From Elusimicrobiota bacterium (GTDB taxonomy: Bacteria > Elusimicrobiota > Elusimicrobia > F11): a DNA stretch of 64,000 nt. Of the stretch, positions 20,715-30,691 are shown piece by piece. Both the position numbers and the translations under genes were made by a program. The notes beneath the pieces were generated by a model that did not search any database, was not told where the DNA came from, and was given only the letters and a program-made list of their open reading frames with translations. Positions within the stretch are counted from its first letter, which is position 1. Every line of letters starts with the position of its first letter. The stretch lies in the NCBI GenBank assembly GCA_044221725.1, contig JBGAON010000001.1:806954-870953 (forward strand). Reading direction: 5' to 3'.

Positions 20715-21593
20715 ATGGAATTTCTCAATCTCAAGCGCCGCCTCGATCAGGCACTTAAAGAAGACGCAGCTTCCACCGATGTCACCACGCTCGCCATTCC
20801 CGGGATTAAATCGATTCGTCGAAAGGCCATTCTTTTGGCAAAAGAGTCCGGCGTTTTTTGTGGTGGATTTCTCGTGCCCCATATTTTCCAATCGCGAGAC
20901 AAAAAGGCGCGTGCTCGCTTCCTGAAAAAAGATGGAGCGTCGGTAAGGAAAGGCGAGAAAGTTCTTGCGATTGAATGCGGTGCCGCGACCCTTCTCAGCG
21001 GTGAGCGCTTATTTCTAAATCTCGTTTGTCACCTGAGTGGCATCGCGTCCCAAACGTATCGCTATGTGCAAGCCGTGCGCGGAACGTCGGCGAAAATTTT
21101 GGAGACCCGAAAAACAACGCCGCTGTGGCGGGATCTCGAAAAATACGCGGTGCGCTGCGGTGGCGGCGAGAATCATCGGTTCTCGTTGGGCGATGCGATT
21201 CTTGTGAAAGATAACCACTTGCAGCTTTTGCGCGAACGCGGACTCTCTGTTAAAGATGTTTATTCTCGACGAAAAGAACAGTTCTTAAAACGCAAGAACT
21301 TGAAATTCCTTGAGGTTGAAGCAACGACGATCCCCGAGGTTTGGGATGCCATTAAGGCTCGGCCCGACATCATTTTGTTGGACAACATGCCGTTAAATCG
21401 TTTAAAAGCAGCTATTGTCCTCATCAAGGCGGCCCGCGAGGCGCTCAATTCACCAAAGCCCGCTATTGAAGTTTCTGGCGGTATCACGCTCGCGACCGCA
21501 CGCACATACGCCACATTGGGTGTGGACCGAATTTCGGTTGGCGCCCTTACGCACTCAGCAAAAGCATTGGATTTTTCATTGGAGGTCATTTAA
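20715..21593 (+). CDS. nadC: Quinolinate phosphoribosyltransferase
   Basis: TRKTTP, NHR, VKDNH, LLDNM, EVSGGI, SVGALTHS. Confidence 0.95.
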   Translation: MEFLNLKRRLDQALKEDAASTDVTTLAIPGIKSIRRKAILLAKESGVFCGGFLVPHIFQSRDKKARARFLKKDGASVRKGEKVLAIECGAATLLSGERLFLNLVCHLSGIASQTYRYVQAVRGTSAKILETRKTTPLWRDLEKYAVRCGGGENHRFSLGDAILVKDNHLQLLRERGLSVKDVYSRRKEQFLKRKNLKFLEVEATTIPEVWDAIKARPDIILLDNMPLNRLKAAIVLIKAAREALNSPKPAIEVSGGITLATARTYATLGVDRISVGALTHSAKALDFSLEVI

Positions 21594-22375
21594 TGGGAGT
21601 TTCCGAGCTTTACCAAGTTATCGGCCGGTTGCAGGCGGATTTGCCGTGGCTCACCGTCGCCAAATTTTTCGACAAAGTTGACTCCACGCAAAACCGTGTT
21701 CTGCAGTTTCTTCCAAAAGAGGGTGAAGGGACCGTTCTTATTCTTGCGGAAACGCAGAGCAAAGGCGTCGGCCGTCAGGGGCGCACGTGGCATTCCCCGA
21801 CGGGTGGTCTGTGGTTCTCATTGGCGTTACCGCTCAAATCCATGCCTCTCAACCAGGTGGCTCCTTTTTCGATGGTAGCCGCGCTGCAAATTGCGACCGC
21901 CCTCAAAGAGGTCAACGCGCTCGAATGCAACATCAAATGGCCGAACGATATTCTCTATCAAGGGAAAAAAGTGGCCGGACTTTTGCTGAATACGACCACC
22001 AAGTTTCGCAAACCATGGCTCGTCATCGGTGTCGGAATTAACGTGAACAACGAAATTCCTTCTGAAATTTCGAAAATTGCGACATCTATCGCCGCGATCC
22101 GGAAGCAATCGCAGGGTCGCTCCCGACTGTTGGAATCTGTTTTGTCCGCCATTCACACAGCCTGGGCAGAATTCGATCGCACGGGGTTTGGTCCGTACCA
22201 AAAAGCCGTCGAAGCCCGGCTTGTCGGCGTCGGAAAACCGGTGCAAATCAAAGTGGGCTCGAAGACCGTTCAGGGAACGATGAAGGCCGTTGACCCTCAA
22301 GGAAACCTTCTGTTAGACTCCGCAGGCGGTCCCAAAACCGTGCAGGCTGGCGAAATCGTCGGACAACCCGCCTAA
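21593..22375 (+). CDS. birA: Biotin-protein ligase without an N-terminal HTH
   Basis: DSTQ, QSKGVGRQGRTW, KWPND, KVAG, GVGIN. Confidence 0.9.
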   Translation: MGVSELYQVIGRLQADLPWLTVAKFFDKVDSTQNRVLQFLPKEGEGTVLILAETQSKGVGRQGRTWHSPTGGLWFSLALPLKSMPLNQVAPFSMVAALQIATALKEVNALECNIKWPNDILYQGKKVAGLLLNTTTKFRKPWLVIGVGINVNNEIPSEISKIATSIAAIRKQSQGRSRLLESVLSAIHTAWAEFDRTGFGPYQKAVEARLVGVGKPVQIKVGSKTVQGTMKAVDPQGNLLLDSAGGPKTVQAGEIVGQPA

Positions 22376-22404
22376 CCTCGCCAATCACACAAGAGAGAGT
22401 TTAA

Positions 22405-23397
22405 TTGGCGCAAGTGACGTCGTCCCACAACATTGGACTTGGATTATTGGACCGTATCGGCAACACGCCGTTGTTGCGGCTCGAGAGGTTTAATCACTGG
22501 CTCGGCGATCACGGTTCGCAGATTCTCGGAAAAGCGGAGTTTTGCAACCCGGGGGGATCCGTCAAAGATCGAGCGGCACGCCACATGATTTTGGGCGCCA
22601 TCCGATCGGGCGAGCTGACCAAAGACAAAATAATTTTGGATTCGAGCAGTGGAAACACCGGCATCGCTTACGCGATGATCGGTACGGCGCTCGGCTATCA
22701 CGTTGAACTCTGCATTCCTGAAAATGCCGAAACCAAAGCGCGCATCAGCGAAGCGTTTGGCGCGAAGGTGATTTACACGGATCCGCTGGAGGGCTCCGAC
22801 GGTGCGATCGTGAAAGCTCAAGAACTTTTCCACAAAAACCCGGGTCGTTATTACATGCCCGACCAGTACAACAACCCGAACAATTGGAAAGCGCATTACG
22901 ACACAACCGCCGAAGAAATTTGGAAGCAAACCGAAGGCCGCATCACGCACTTTGTGGCCGGTATCGGAACCTCCGGAACATTGATGGGCACCGGCCGCCG
23001 GTTGAAGGAACTGAACCCGAAAATTGAAATTGTGGCCGTGGAACCCTCGAACCCGCTTCATGGTTTAGAAGGATTGAAACACATGGCGTCGTCGATCGTG
23101 CCGGGAATTTACGACCCGAAGGTGCACGACAAAAAAGTCAGCGTTCATACCGAAGATGCGTACGAAATGTGCTGCCGTTTGGCGCGCGAAGAAGGGGTTC
23201 TTGTTGGTTTTTCGTCGGGTGCGGCGCTTCAAGGCGCATTTGAAACAGCCCTTGGGAAAAAAGATGCGGTGGTTGTCACTGTGTTTTGCGATGCGGGTGA
23301 GCGCTACATGAACTCGCGGTTCTGGGAAGAGATGGTCAACTATTTTGAGAAATATTGGAAAACGCACGATCAGCTGAAGCCCGCGCGCGCTCACTAG
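22405..23397 (+). CDS. PLP-dependent cysteine synthase family protein (CysM-like)
   Basis: IGNTPL, NPGGSVKDR, SSGNTG, GIGTSGT, SSGA. Confidence 0.9.
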   Translation: MAQVTSSHNIGLGLLDRIGNTPLLRLERFNHWLGDHGSQILGKAEFCNPGGSVKDRAARHMILGAIRSGELTKDKIILDSSSGNTGIAYAMIGTALGYHVELCIPENAETKARISEAFGAKVIYTDPLEGSDGAIVKAQELFHKNPGRYYMPDQYNNPNNWKAHYDTTAEEIWKQTEGRITHFVAGIGTSGTLMGTGRRLKELNPKIEIVAVEPSNPLHGLEGLKHMASSIVPGIYDPKVHDKKVSVHTEDAYEMCCRLAREEGVLVGFSSGAALQGAFETALGKKDAVVVTVFCDAGERYMNSRFWEEMVNYFEKYWKTHDQLKPARAH

Positions 23398-23400
23398 ACG

Positions 23401-23892
23401 ATGTCGGCCTCGAGCGTGGTCATTCCAAAAGACGTGTACGACGGTATTGCCCGGTGGGCCGAAAAGGCCTATCCGAACGAGGGGTGCGGACTTCTTATTG
23501 GAAATTTTCAGAACGGTGGTGTGAAAGAAGTTGTGCGGTTAGCGCCCCTTTCCAACGAATTATTAGTAAAACAGGTAACCGGAGCCCCCACGTTACCAAC
23601 CGAACGCCAAGGCGCTGGCGCTGGAAAACGCGAATTTCTCATGAGTCCGTCGGAATTTAACGCCGAAACACTGCGCGCCGAAAAAGAAGGACTCGATGTT
23701 GTTGGTGTGATTCACACGCATCCGAATCATCCGCCGCGTCCGAGCCAAGTGGATGCCTCGCAACCGTTTCTTGCGCAGTGGTCAAACATTATTGTCGCCG
23801 TGCACGACGGAAAAACGGTGGATATGAAATCGTGGTTCCGTGAATTGGACAGTGACCCATTTGTTGAAGAAGAAATACGCATCAAATCCTAA
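23401..23892 (+). CDS. JAB/JAMM (M67, Mec-like) metallopeptidase
   Basis: YPNEGCGLL and HTHP...PSQVD JAMM motif. Confidence 0.88.
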   Translation: MSASSVVIPKDVYDGIARWAEKAYPNEGCGLLIGNFQNGGVKEVVRLAPLSNELLVKQVTGAPTLPTERQGAGAGKREFLMSPSEFNAETLRAEKEGLDVVGVIHTHPNHPPRPSQVDASQPFLAQWSNIIVAVHDGKTVDMKSWFRELDSDPFVEEEIRIKS

Positions 23893-23904
23893 AAGGAGTC
23901 TTGC

Positions 23905-25677
23905 ATGTCTGCGGTATCGGAAGTGAAAGAAAAGAACGTGACGTTGGCACCGGAAGTTGAAGAAGAAATTGTTCGCTTTGAAGAAAACATTAAAGCGATG
24001 CGATCCGGTGAAATGGACCCGAACGAGTTCAAAAAATTTCGCTTAAACAACGGCGTTTATGGAATCCGCCACGAAACCGACCGGCACATGATCCGCATCA
24101 AATGCCCGCACGGTGAAATTACCGCGGACCAACTCGATGTGGTGGCAAACGTTACCGAAGAATACACGCGCACAAAAATTGCGCACGTGACCACGCGCCA
24201 AGCGATCCAAATCCACCATGTTTTGTTGGACAACGTTCCCACCTTGCTGCGCCGTCTTGCCAATTGCGGTCTCACGTCGCGTGAAGCGTGCGGCAATACC
24301 GTTAGAAACGTCACAAAAACCCCGTTCGCCGGACTTCTTGCCGACGAAGTGTTTGATGTGACCCCGTGGGCCGAAGCTATTTTTCGTCATTTCTTGAGAA
24401 ACCCCGCGGTCCAAAACTTCCCCCGCAAATTCAAAATCGCTTTCTACGGCGGCGGCGCCGAAGACATTGCTTACACAGCGATTCACGATCTTGGCTATGT
24501 GGCCGCGAAGCGTGTCGTGAACGGGAAAGAAGAGAAAGGTTTCCGTGTGTATGTCGGTGGCGGTTTGGGCGCATCGCCCCAAGCGTCCATTCTCCTCGAA
24601 GAATTCACGCCGCTCACCGAGTTTTTCTCGACCGCTGACGCGATCACGCACATTTTCGATCGTCATGGTGACCGCAAAGACAAATTTCACGCACGTCTTA
24701 AGTTTGTCGTGAAGAAGTTCGGTGAAGACGCGTTCCGAAAAATGGTGATCGAGGAGCGCTCTCAGGTTCGCGCCACGCGCGCCGGCGGTTTCAAATGGAA
24801 TTTTCCACAAGAGACGCCTCTGGTAGCGCCCGTTCTTACGCAGAACATCGATACGAACGTGAAGCCCGATGCCGACTTCGAGCTTTGGCGGAAGACAAAC
24901 GCGCTCGCTCAGAAGCAGAATGGATACTCAATGGCGATCGTTGTGACGCCGCTCGGAGATATTTCGGTTCCGCAGATGAGAACTCTGGCCACTATTGCCC
25001 GTAAGTTTAACGGTGGGCGTTTGCGTACGATGGTTCAGCAAAATATGTTTTTGCCGTGGATCAAAAACGAACATTTGGTTCCGCTGTTCGCGGAATTAAA
25101 AGCGGCCGGTCTCGCGACAGCGGGAGCGCTCCGCTTGTCGGACGTGACGCGGTGCCCCGGAGCGGACACATGCCAGATTGCGGTGACAAAGTCGCGCGGT
25201 CTCGCCGGAGCCATTCTTGAACTTTTCAAAAACGGATTGGCGGCGGACAGCGACATGAAAGACTTGCACATCAAAATTTCGGGTTGCACAAACTCGTGCG
25301 GCCAGCATCACATCGGTAACATTGGATTTTTTGGCACGTATCGAAAAATCAATGGACACGACGTTCCGCATTACCAGTTGCTCATTGGTGGGGACGTGAA
25401 AGAGGGAAGTGCGAAGTTCGGTCAACCAATAACGGCCATACCAGCGAAGCGCGCTCCGGAAGCTGTGAAGCAGCTTGTCGCGCTTTACAAGAAGGAAAAA
25501 GTGGGCACCGAACGTTTTGTTGACACGATGAATCGCCTTGGCCGTAACCGAATTAAAGAGGAAGTGGAACAATTCCGCTCGCTGCCACCGTTTGAACAAA
25601 ATTCGGACATGTATTATGAGTGGGGCGAGTTTCACGAATTCAAAGCCGAGATCGGTCAAGGAGAATGCGCCGCTTAG
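23905..25677 (+). CDS. Siroheme nitrite/sulfite reductase (ferredoxin type)
   Basis: TTRQAIQ, ACGNTVRN, PRKFK, CPGADTC and SGCTNSCG cysteine motifs. Confidence 0.9.
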   Translation: MSAVSEVKEKNVTLAPEVEEEIVRFEENIKAMRSGEMDPNEFKKFRLNNGVYGIRHETDRHMIRIKCPHGEITADQLDVVANVTEEYTRTKIAHVTTRQAIQIHHVLLDNVPTLLRRLANCGLTSREACGNTVRNVTKTPFAGLLADEVFDVTPWAEAIFRHFLRNPAVQNFPRKFKIAFYGGGAEDIAYTAIHDLGYVAAKRVVNGKEEKGFRVYVGGGLGASPQASILLEEFTPLTEFFSTADAITHIFDRHGDRKDKFHARLKFVVKKFGEDAFRKMVIEERSQVRATRAGGFKWNFPQETPLVAPVLTQNIDTNVKPDADFELWRKTNALAQKQNGYSMAIVVTPLGDISVPQMRTLATIARKFNGGRLRTMVQQNMFLPWIKNEHLVPLFAELKAAGLATAGALRLSDVTRCPGADTCQIAVTKSRGLAGAILELFKNGLAADSDMKDLHIKISGCTNSCGQHHIGNIGFFGTYRKINGHDVPHYQLLIGGDVKEGSAKFGQPITAIPAKRAPEAVKQLVALYKKEKVGTERFVDTMNRLGRNRIKEEVEQFRSLPPFEQNSDMYYEWGEFHEFKAEIGQGECAA

Positions 25678-25703
25678 CCAGGGTGACGGAATCGAGTTTT
25701 TTT

Positions 25704-25732
25704 TTGACAGGCTGGAAACTTTGTCTTATGAT
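25704..25732 (+). promoter_or_regulatory. Near-consensus sigma70 promoter upstream of the histone-nuo operon
   Basis: TTGACA (25704-25709), 17-bp spacer, TATGAT (25727-25732), preceded by a T-tract. Confidence 0.75.
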
Positions 25733-25844
25733 CCAATTGTTTTTAACGCGTCTTCCTTAACCTCGACTGCTTAAAACCCTAAACATTTAATCCAAACAAC
25801 GTTCCTCTTCATTTATATGAACAGGCACAAAAGGAGCTGGCGTA

Positions 25845-26024
25845 ATGGCTGAGATCTATGTTGTTGTGAGCAAAGTGAAGAAGAAAGTGAAAGAAGCGGG
25901 ATTTCGTACCGGAAAAGATTACACCGATGCGCTTTCTCAGAAAATTGAACAAATTGTGAACGCCTCCGTTGAAAAAGTGAAAGCGGATGGCAAAAAGAAA
26001 ACCCTGGGGGCCGAAGACCTTTGA
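25845..26024 (+). CDS. Bacterial histone-fold protein (Bd0055-like), 59 aa, absent from the ORF track
   Basis: Hand translation gives MAEIYVVVSKVKKKVKEAGFRTGKDYTDALSQKIEQIVNASVEKVKADGKKKTLGAEDL*. SD AAGGAG at 25831-25836. VVVSKVKK N-terminus and KADG.KT....D C-terminus match the pattern of Bdellovibrio-type histones as recalled. Confidence 0.88.
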   Translation: MAEIYVVVSKVKKKVKEAGFRTGKDYTDALSQKIEQIVNASVEKVKADGKKKTLGAEDL

Positions 26025-26734
26025 GCCCAGCCGCTCTCCCTTCCGCAGAATCGACAACCCGGCCCATTCGCGAGATGTTCGACGCGTTGGTGCCCGAGTA
26101 CGATCGGTTTAATCATCTGAGCAGTTTGGGTCTTGATATTGTTTGGCGGCGCGAAGTCGTCAAGTTATTCAAAGCAAACGATCTGATTCTCGATGTCGGA
26201 ACAGGAACGGGCGATCTCGCCAGAGAATTGGCCACACACGGCGCGCATGTGATTGGAGTCGATTTCTCAGTAAACATGTTGGCCGCAGCGAAAGAGAAAA
26301 TGAAAAACGTCCCGAATGTAACTTTTGAAATGGCCAAGGCTGATGAATTGCCATACGAACCCCGAATGTTTGATGGTATTACGTCGTCGTTCGTCATTCG
26401 TAACCTTCATCATGGCGGTGTGCTCGCTCAGAGTTTCCGAGAATTTTACCGCGTGTTAAAGGTCGGCGGGCAAATGGTTCATCTCGAGCTTTCAAAGCCG
26501 CCCGCGCGGTTCTTGTCGTGGGGACATCAAAAGTACATGAAGTACATCCTTCCTATTATCGGATGGGCCAATTTCCGAAGCCGCTGGCCAAAAGACTACC
26601 TTTCAAAAACCATCGAAAAATTCCCAGTTCCAAGCGTCCTGTGCCAGCAAATGCGTTGGGCTGGTTTTGAACAAGTGAGCCATTATCCGCTCGCCGGTGG
26701 AATTGCCGGACTTTATGTGGGGCGCCGATGCTGA
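26021..26734 (+). CDS. UbiE/MenG-family quinone C-methyltransferase
   Basis: MFD..YDRFNH.SS.G.D..WRR and LDVGTGTGD. TTG start overlaps the histone stop (TTGA). Confidence 0.85.
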   Translation: MSPAALPSAESTTRPIREMFDALVPEYDRFNHLSSLGLDIVWRREVVKLFKANDLILDVGTGTGDLARELATHGAHVIGVDFSVNMLAAAKEKMKNVPNVTFEMAKADELPYEPRMFDGITSSFVIRNLHHGGVLAQSFREFYRVLKVGGQMVHLELSKPPARFLSWGHQKYMKYILPIIGWANFRSRWPKDYLSKTIEKFPVPSVLCQQMRWAGFEQVSHYPLAGGIAGLYVGRRC

Positions 26735-27090
26735 ACGTTGCTGAATACGCAGGCCTTTTGATCTTCCTTGCCATCGGCATCGCGTTTGTCGGCGGAGTTT
26801 TGGCGACCAACTATTTGTTGCGCGAACGCGGAACGGACCCTCTTCGCAAAAGCATTTACGAGTGCGGTATGGAGACCATCGGCACGCCCTACGTATCTCC
26901 GAATATTCGCTTCTACGTTTTTGCTCTCGTGTTTGTTGTTTTCGACATTGAAGCTGTGTTCTTGTTGCCCTGGGCCGTTAAGTTCAAGGAGCTCGGTCTC
27001 ACCGGTTTTATTGAAATCGTTTCGTTCATTGCGATTCTTTTCGTTGCGTTTGTTGTGGCATGGCGAAAAGGCGCGTTAAAGTGGGAATAA
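26728..27090 (+). CDS. nuoA: NADH-quinone oxidoreductase subunit A
   Basis: YECG, FDIE, GALKWE; three TM helices. Confidence 0.95.
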   Translation: MLNVAEYAGLLIFLAIGIAFVGGVLATNYLLRERGTDPLRKSIYECGMETIGTPYVSPNIRFYVFALVFVVFDIEAVFLLPWAVKFKELGLTGFIEIVSFIAILFVAFVVAWRKGALKWE

Positions 27091-27100
27091 AGGAAAGGAT

Positions 27101-27691
27101 ATGAGCAACAGTTTGGTTTTGGATAAGCTGCCGATGATTCGGCAGTACAAGGTGCCCGGAGGAGAATTCATCCTCACATCCGTCGATTTCTTTATCGACT
27201 GGGCCCGCAAATCTTCTATTTGGCCTCTCACGTTTGGACTTGCCTGCTGCGCGATCGAAATGATGGCCGCGTACGCATCGCGTTATGATTTTGACCGCAT
27301 TGGCGTCATTCCACGCCCGACGCCACGCCAAGCCGATCTCATGATTATAGCCGGTACCGTTGTGAAGAAAATGGCGCCCGCGGTTGAAACCCTTTATCAC
27401 CAAATGCCGGAACCACGGTTTGTAATTTCGATGGGCGCCTGTTCCAACTGTGGCGGACCTTACTACGATTCTTACTCGGTGTCGAAAGGCGTCGACAAGG
27501 TAATTCCCGTGGACGTTTATGTTCCCGGTTGCCCGCCGCGCCCCGAAGCGCTTTACACGGCAATTGTTGCTTTGCAGCAGAAGATCGATAAATATTACGA
27601 CGCTGGAAAACGCATCGTTCGCCCCGAAACTCCGACGGCCCAAGTTCTGAAGGAGATCAACGAAGCTGCCATTCGCGCCCGCGCCTCCTAA
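27101..27691 (+). CDS. nuoB: NADH-quinone oxidoreductase subunit B
   Basis: [23 protein letters not shown]. Confidence 0.96.
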   Translation: MSNSLVLDKLPMIRQYKVPGGEFILTSVDFFIDWARKSSIWPLTFGLACCAIEMMAAYASRYDFDRIGVIPRPTPRQADLMIIAGTVVKKMAPAVETLYHQMPEPRFVISMGACSNCGGPYYDSYSVSKGVDKVIPVDVYVPGCPPRPEALYTAIVALQQKIDKYYDAGKRIVRPETPTAQVLKEINEAAIRARAS

Positions 27692-27697
27692 AATTCC

Positions 27698-28237
27698 ATG
27701 TACAACGCCGAAATCTGTCAGCAACTCACGAAGAAGTTTTCCGACGTCACCATTGTTCCGGTGCCGGAAAAATATGTGCGCGACCCTGAACCTCAGGTTC
27801 GTGTGCCGGCCGCGAAACTTATTGAAGTGTGCAAGTTTTTGAAAACGTCTCCGGAGATGGCGTTTGATTTGCCGATCCAGATGACCGGTGTTGATTACAT
27901 CAAAGACAATTTGTTTGAACTCGTTTACAATCTGTACTCCACAAAGAAAAAGCACGGGCTCGTTTTGAAAGTGCAAATTTCGCGCGCCGATGCCTCGGTT
28001 GATTCGGTGACCCCAATTTGGAGCGGAATGGATTGGCAAGAACGCGAAGTGTTTGACCTGATGGGCATCACGTTTAAAGGTCATCCCAATTTGAAGCGCA
28101 TTATGATGTGGGACGGATTCCCTGGGTATCCGTTGCGCAAAGATTACGTTCACATCACCGACAAATACGATTCCGGTCTCGAAGTTGGCACGCCGGGTCT
28201 TGATGAAAAGGGCGTTCCTGCCGGAGCGAAACATTAA
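27698..28237 (+). CDS. nuoC: NADH-quinone oxidoreductase subunit C
   Basis: EREVFDLMGI.F.GHP and PLRKDY. Confidence 0.95.
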   Translation: MYNAEICQQLTKKFSDVTIVPVPEKYVRDPEPQVRVPAAKLIEVCKFLKTSPEMAFDLPIQMTGVDYIKDNLFELVYNLYSTKKKHGLVLKVQISRADASVDSVTPIWSGMDWQEREVFDLMGITFKGHPNLKRIMMWDGFPGYPLRKDYVHITDKYDSGLEVGTPGLDEKGVPAGAKH

Positions 28238-28238
28238 T

Positions 28239-29405
28239 ATGGCAACCGAAACAATTCCACCGACGGGTTTGGCGAAAGGCCCGGTTTTCGAAACAAAGAT
28301 CGAACAAGTCGGCGAAAACGAAATGTTGCTGAACCTCGGTCCGCAGCACCCGTCCACGCACGGTGTGTTGCGCGTCGTCCTTAAGTTGGACGGTGAAGTG
28401 ATCACCGATGCCGAATGCGATTTGGGATACCTGCACCGCGGCGTCGAGAAGCTCGCCGAGCACCGCACCTATCCAATGATCATTGTTCTCTCGGATCGCG
28501 ACGATTATCTGTCAGCGATGAACAACAACTGGGGTTTCTGTCTCGCGGTTGAAAAACTTTTGAAAGTCGAAATTCCGGCGCGCGCGGATTTTATTCGCGT
28601 TATAGTGGGCGAATTAAACCGTATTGCCTCGCACATGGTGTTCTACGGCACGTTTGGAATCGATATCGGTGCGTTCACGCCGTTCTTGCATGCGTTTGGT
28701 CGCGACCGCGAAGAAATTTTGGATTTGTTTGAAGAGATCTGTGGCGCGCGGATCACGTACAACTTCGTGCGCGTTGGCGGCGTGATGCTGGACGTTCCCG
28801 AAGGTTGGATCGGCCGCGTTAAAGCGTTCGTGGAACGCATGAAGCCGCGCCTCGAAGAATACGACGGCCTTTTGACCTACAATCCGATTTTCATGGACCG
28901 CACGATTGGCGTCGGAAAACTTCCGGCCCAAACGGCGATCGATATTGGCGTGACAGGTCCCGCGCTCCGTGGAAGTGGCGTCGCGACGGACTTGCGTAAA
29001 GACCATCCGTACGGTCTGTACGGAGAATTCAAATTTGATGTGCCTGTTGGGAAAAACGGCGATTGCTACGACCGGTTCATGGTACGGCGTCGGGAAATGA
29101 GCGAGTCCCTTAAAATTATTGAACAGGCGTGCGACAAATTTCCAGAAGGGCCAACGATGGGCAAAGTGGCGAAAGTGTTTCGCCCGGGCGCTGGCGAAGT
29201 TTACGCTCAAATCGAAGGGCCGCGCGGGTGGTTGGGCTATTACATCGTTTCCGATGGAACCGATCGTCCGTACCGGTTGCACATTCGTCCGCCATCGTTC
29301 GTGAATTTGCAGGCGCTTAAGGAACTCGTCAAGGGTTGGAAAGTGGCCGATGTTATTGCGATCTTGGGATCGCTCGATTTCGTGTTAGGAGAAGTGGACC
29401 GATGA
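28239..29405 (+). CDS. nuoD: NADH-quinone oxidoreductase subunit D
   Basis: GPQHPSTHGVLR, GYLHRG, GEVDR. No NiFe CxxC motifs. Confidence 0.96.
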   Translation: MATETIPPTGLAKGPVFETKIEQVGENEMLLNLGPQHPSTHGVLRVVLKLDGEVITDAECDLGYLHRGVEKLAEHRTYPMIIVLSDRDDYLSAMNNNWGFCLAVEKLLKVEIPARADFIRVIVGELNRIASHMVFYGTFGIDIGAFTPFLHAFGRDREEILDLFEEICGARITYNFVRVGGVMLDVPEGWIGRVKAFVERMKPRLEEYDGLLTYNPIFMDRTIGVGKLPAQTAIDIGVTGPALRGSGVATDLRKDHPYGLYGEFKFDVPVGKNGDCYDRFMVRRREMSESLKIIEQACDKFPEGPTMGKVAKVFRPGAGEVYAQIEGPRGWLGYYIVSDGTDRPYRLHIRPPSFVNLQALKELVKGWKVADVIAILGSLDFVLGEVDR

Positions 29406-30691
29406 GTGATGGCGTAGCAATTAACCCAGTCCCCGCACCGGGAACACCGCCGCCTCCGCCGCCGGCGGCTCCAAAAGCCGATGCGCGCATGACCGCGTAT
29501 GTGGAGGCATGGAACGCGAAGAAAGTTCGCATGCAGAAGAGTTGGCAGCGGTCCGCCATTTGGTTGACAGCGATTTTCGCGGTGGCCGCTGGCGCCGTCA
29601 TTGCCGTCGGTGAGCTGCAGCCCATCTTCCGGGCGGGTCTAGCGACGCTCGTTGATTTGTGTGCGAAGCACAATATTCCGGCCATTGTTCCTGTCATCGT
29701 TTCGTTCACGGTTCCGGCCGCGATTCTCAATTTAATGATGCAAGCGTGTCCCGGCGTTCTTGTGTGGTGGGAAAGAAAAGTGGCCGCGCACATGCAGCTG
29801 CGTCTTGGTCCCATGGATGTCGGCGGCTGGCACGGCTGGGCCCAAACGATTGCGGACGGCGTTAAGCTGCTGCTCAAAGAAGTCATTGAACCAACCGGTG
29901 TCGACAAATGGGTGTTCCGACTCGCTCCGGTGATTGTCATTCTTCCTTGTTATATGGCGTTTGCGCCGCTTCCGTTCGGAACCGGTCTCGTCGCCCTCGA
30001 TTTCGATATTGGTCTCGTATACGTCATGGCCGTTTCGGGTTTGTCCACGATCGGCATTCTTATGGCGGGCTGGGGCTCCGCGAACAAATTTTCGATGTTC
30101 GGTGGTTTGCGCGCGGCGGCGCAGGTTGTGTCGTTTGAAATTCCGCGTGTTCTTTCGGTCGTGCCCGTCGTGATGTGGGCCGGTACCCTTTCGTTGACGC
30201 AGATCGCGAGTGCGCAATCCGTTCCGATGGGTGGTTGGTTTCCACGGTGGTTCATTTTCTATCCGATTATTGGGCAAGTCAGTTTCATTGTTTATTTGAT
30301 CACAACGATTGCGGAAACGAACCGCGTGCCGTTCGATATTCCGGAAGCGGAATCCGAGCTTACGGCCGGGTTCCACACCGAATACGGTGGAATGATGTTT
30401 GCGATCTTCTTTATGGCCGAATACGCGTACGTGCTGATCGGCTCGGTGCTGGGCGTGGCGCTTTTCTTTGGGGGCGGATCCCCGCTCTTCCCATTCCTTA
30501 AATTTATTCCGTCGTGGGCCTGGTTCATTGGAAAAACGTTGGCGCTTATCTTTATTTTCTTGTGGTCGCGATGGACCTTTCCGCGCCTGCGCGTTGACCG
30601 TGTGATGGATCTGTGCTGGAAGATCTTTATTCCGTGGACGCTTATTAATATTTTGATCGCGGGTGGTGTAATGCTGTGGAGGAACCACTAA
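29402..30691 (+). CDS. nuoH: NADH-quinone oxidoreductase subunit H with a long N-terminal extension
   Basis: ERK...Q.R.GP, ADGVKL, AETNRVPFD.PEAESEL, PRLRVD. Confidence 0.93.
   Translation: MSDGVAINPVPAPGTPPPPPPAAPKADARMTAYVEAWNAKKVRMQKSWQRSAIWLTAIFAVAAGAVIAVGELQPIFRAGLATLVDLCAKHNIPAIVPVIVSFTVPAAILNLMMQACPGVLVWWERKVAAHMQLRLGPMDVGGWHGWAQTIADGVKLLLKEVIEPTGVDKWVFRLAPVIVILPCYMAFAPLPFGTGLVALDFDIGLVYVMAVSGLSTIGILMAGWGSANKFSMFGGLRAAAQVVSFEIPRVLSVVPVVMWAGTLSLTQIASAQSVPMGGWFPRWFIFYPIIGQVSFIVYLITTIAETNRVPFDIPEAESELTAGFHTEYGGMMFAIFFMAEYAYVLIGSVLGVALFFGGGSPLFPFLKFIPSWAWFIGKTLALIFIFLWSRWTFPRLRVDRVMDLCWKIFIPWTLINILIAGGVMLWRNH

Noticed and set aside
25809..26067. Two minus-strand ORFs of 82 and 84 aa
   Set aside because: Shadows of the plus-strand histone gene, which has the SD and promoter.
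27026..28468. 480-aa minus-strand ORF
   Set aside because: Antisense to nuoBCD; a codon-bias shadow.
28239..29405. Possible group 4 NiFe hydrogenase large subunit
   Set aside because: No N- or C-terminal CxxC motifs; it ends GEVDR like NuoD.
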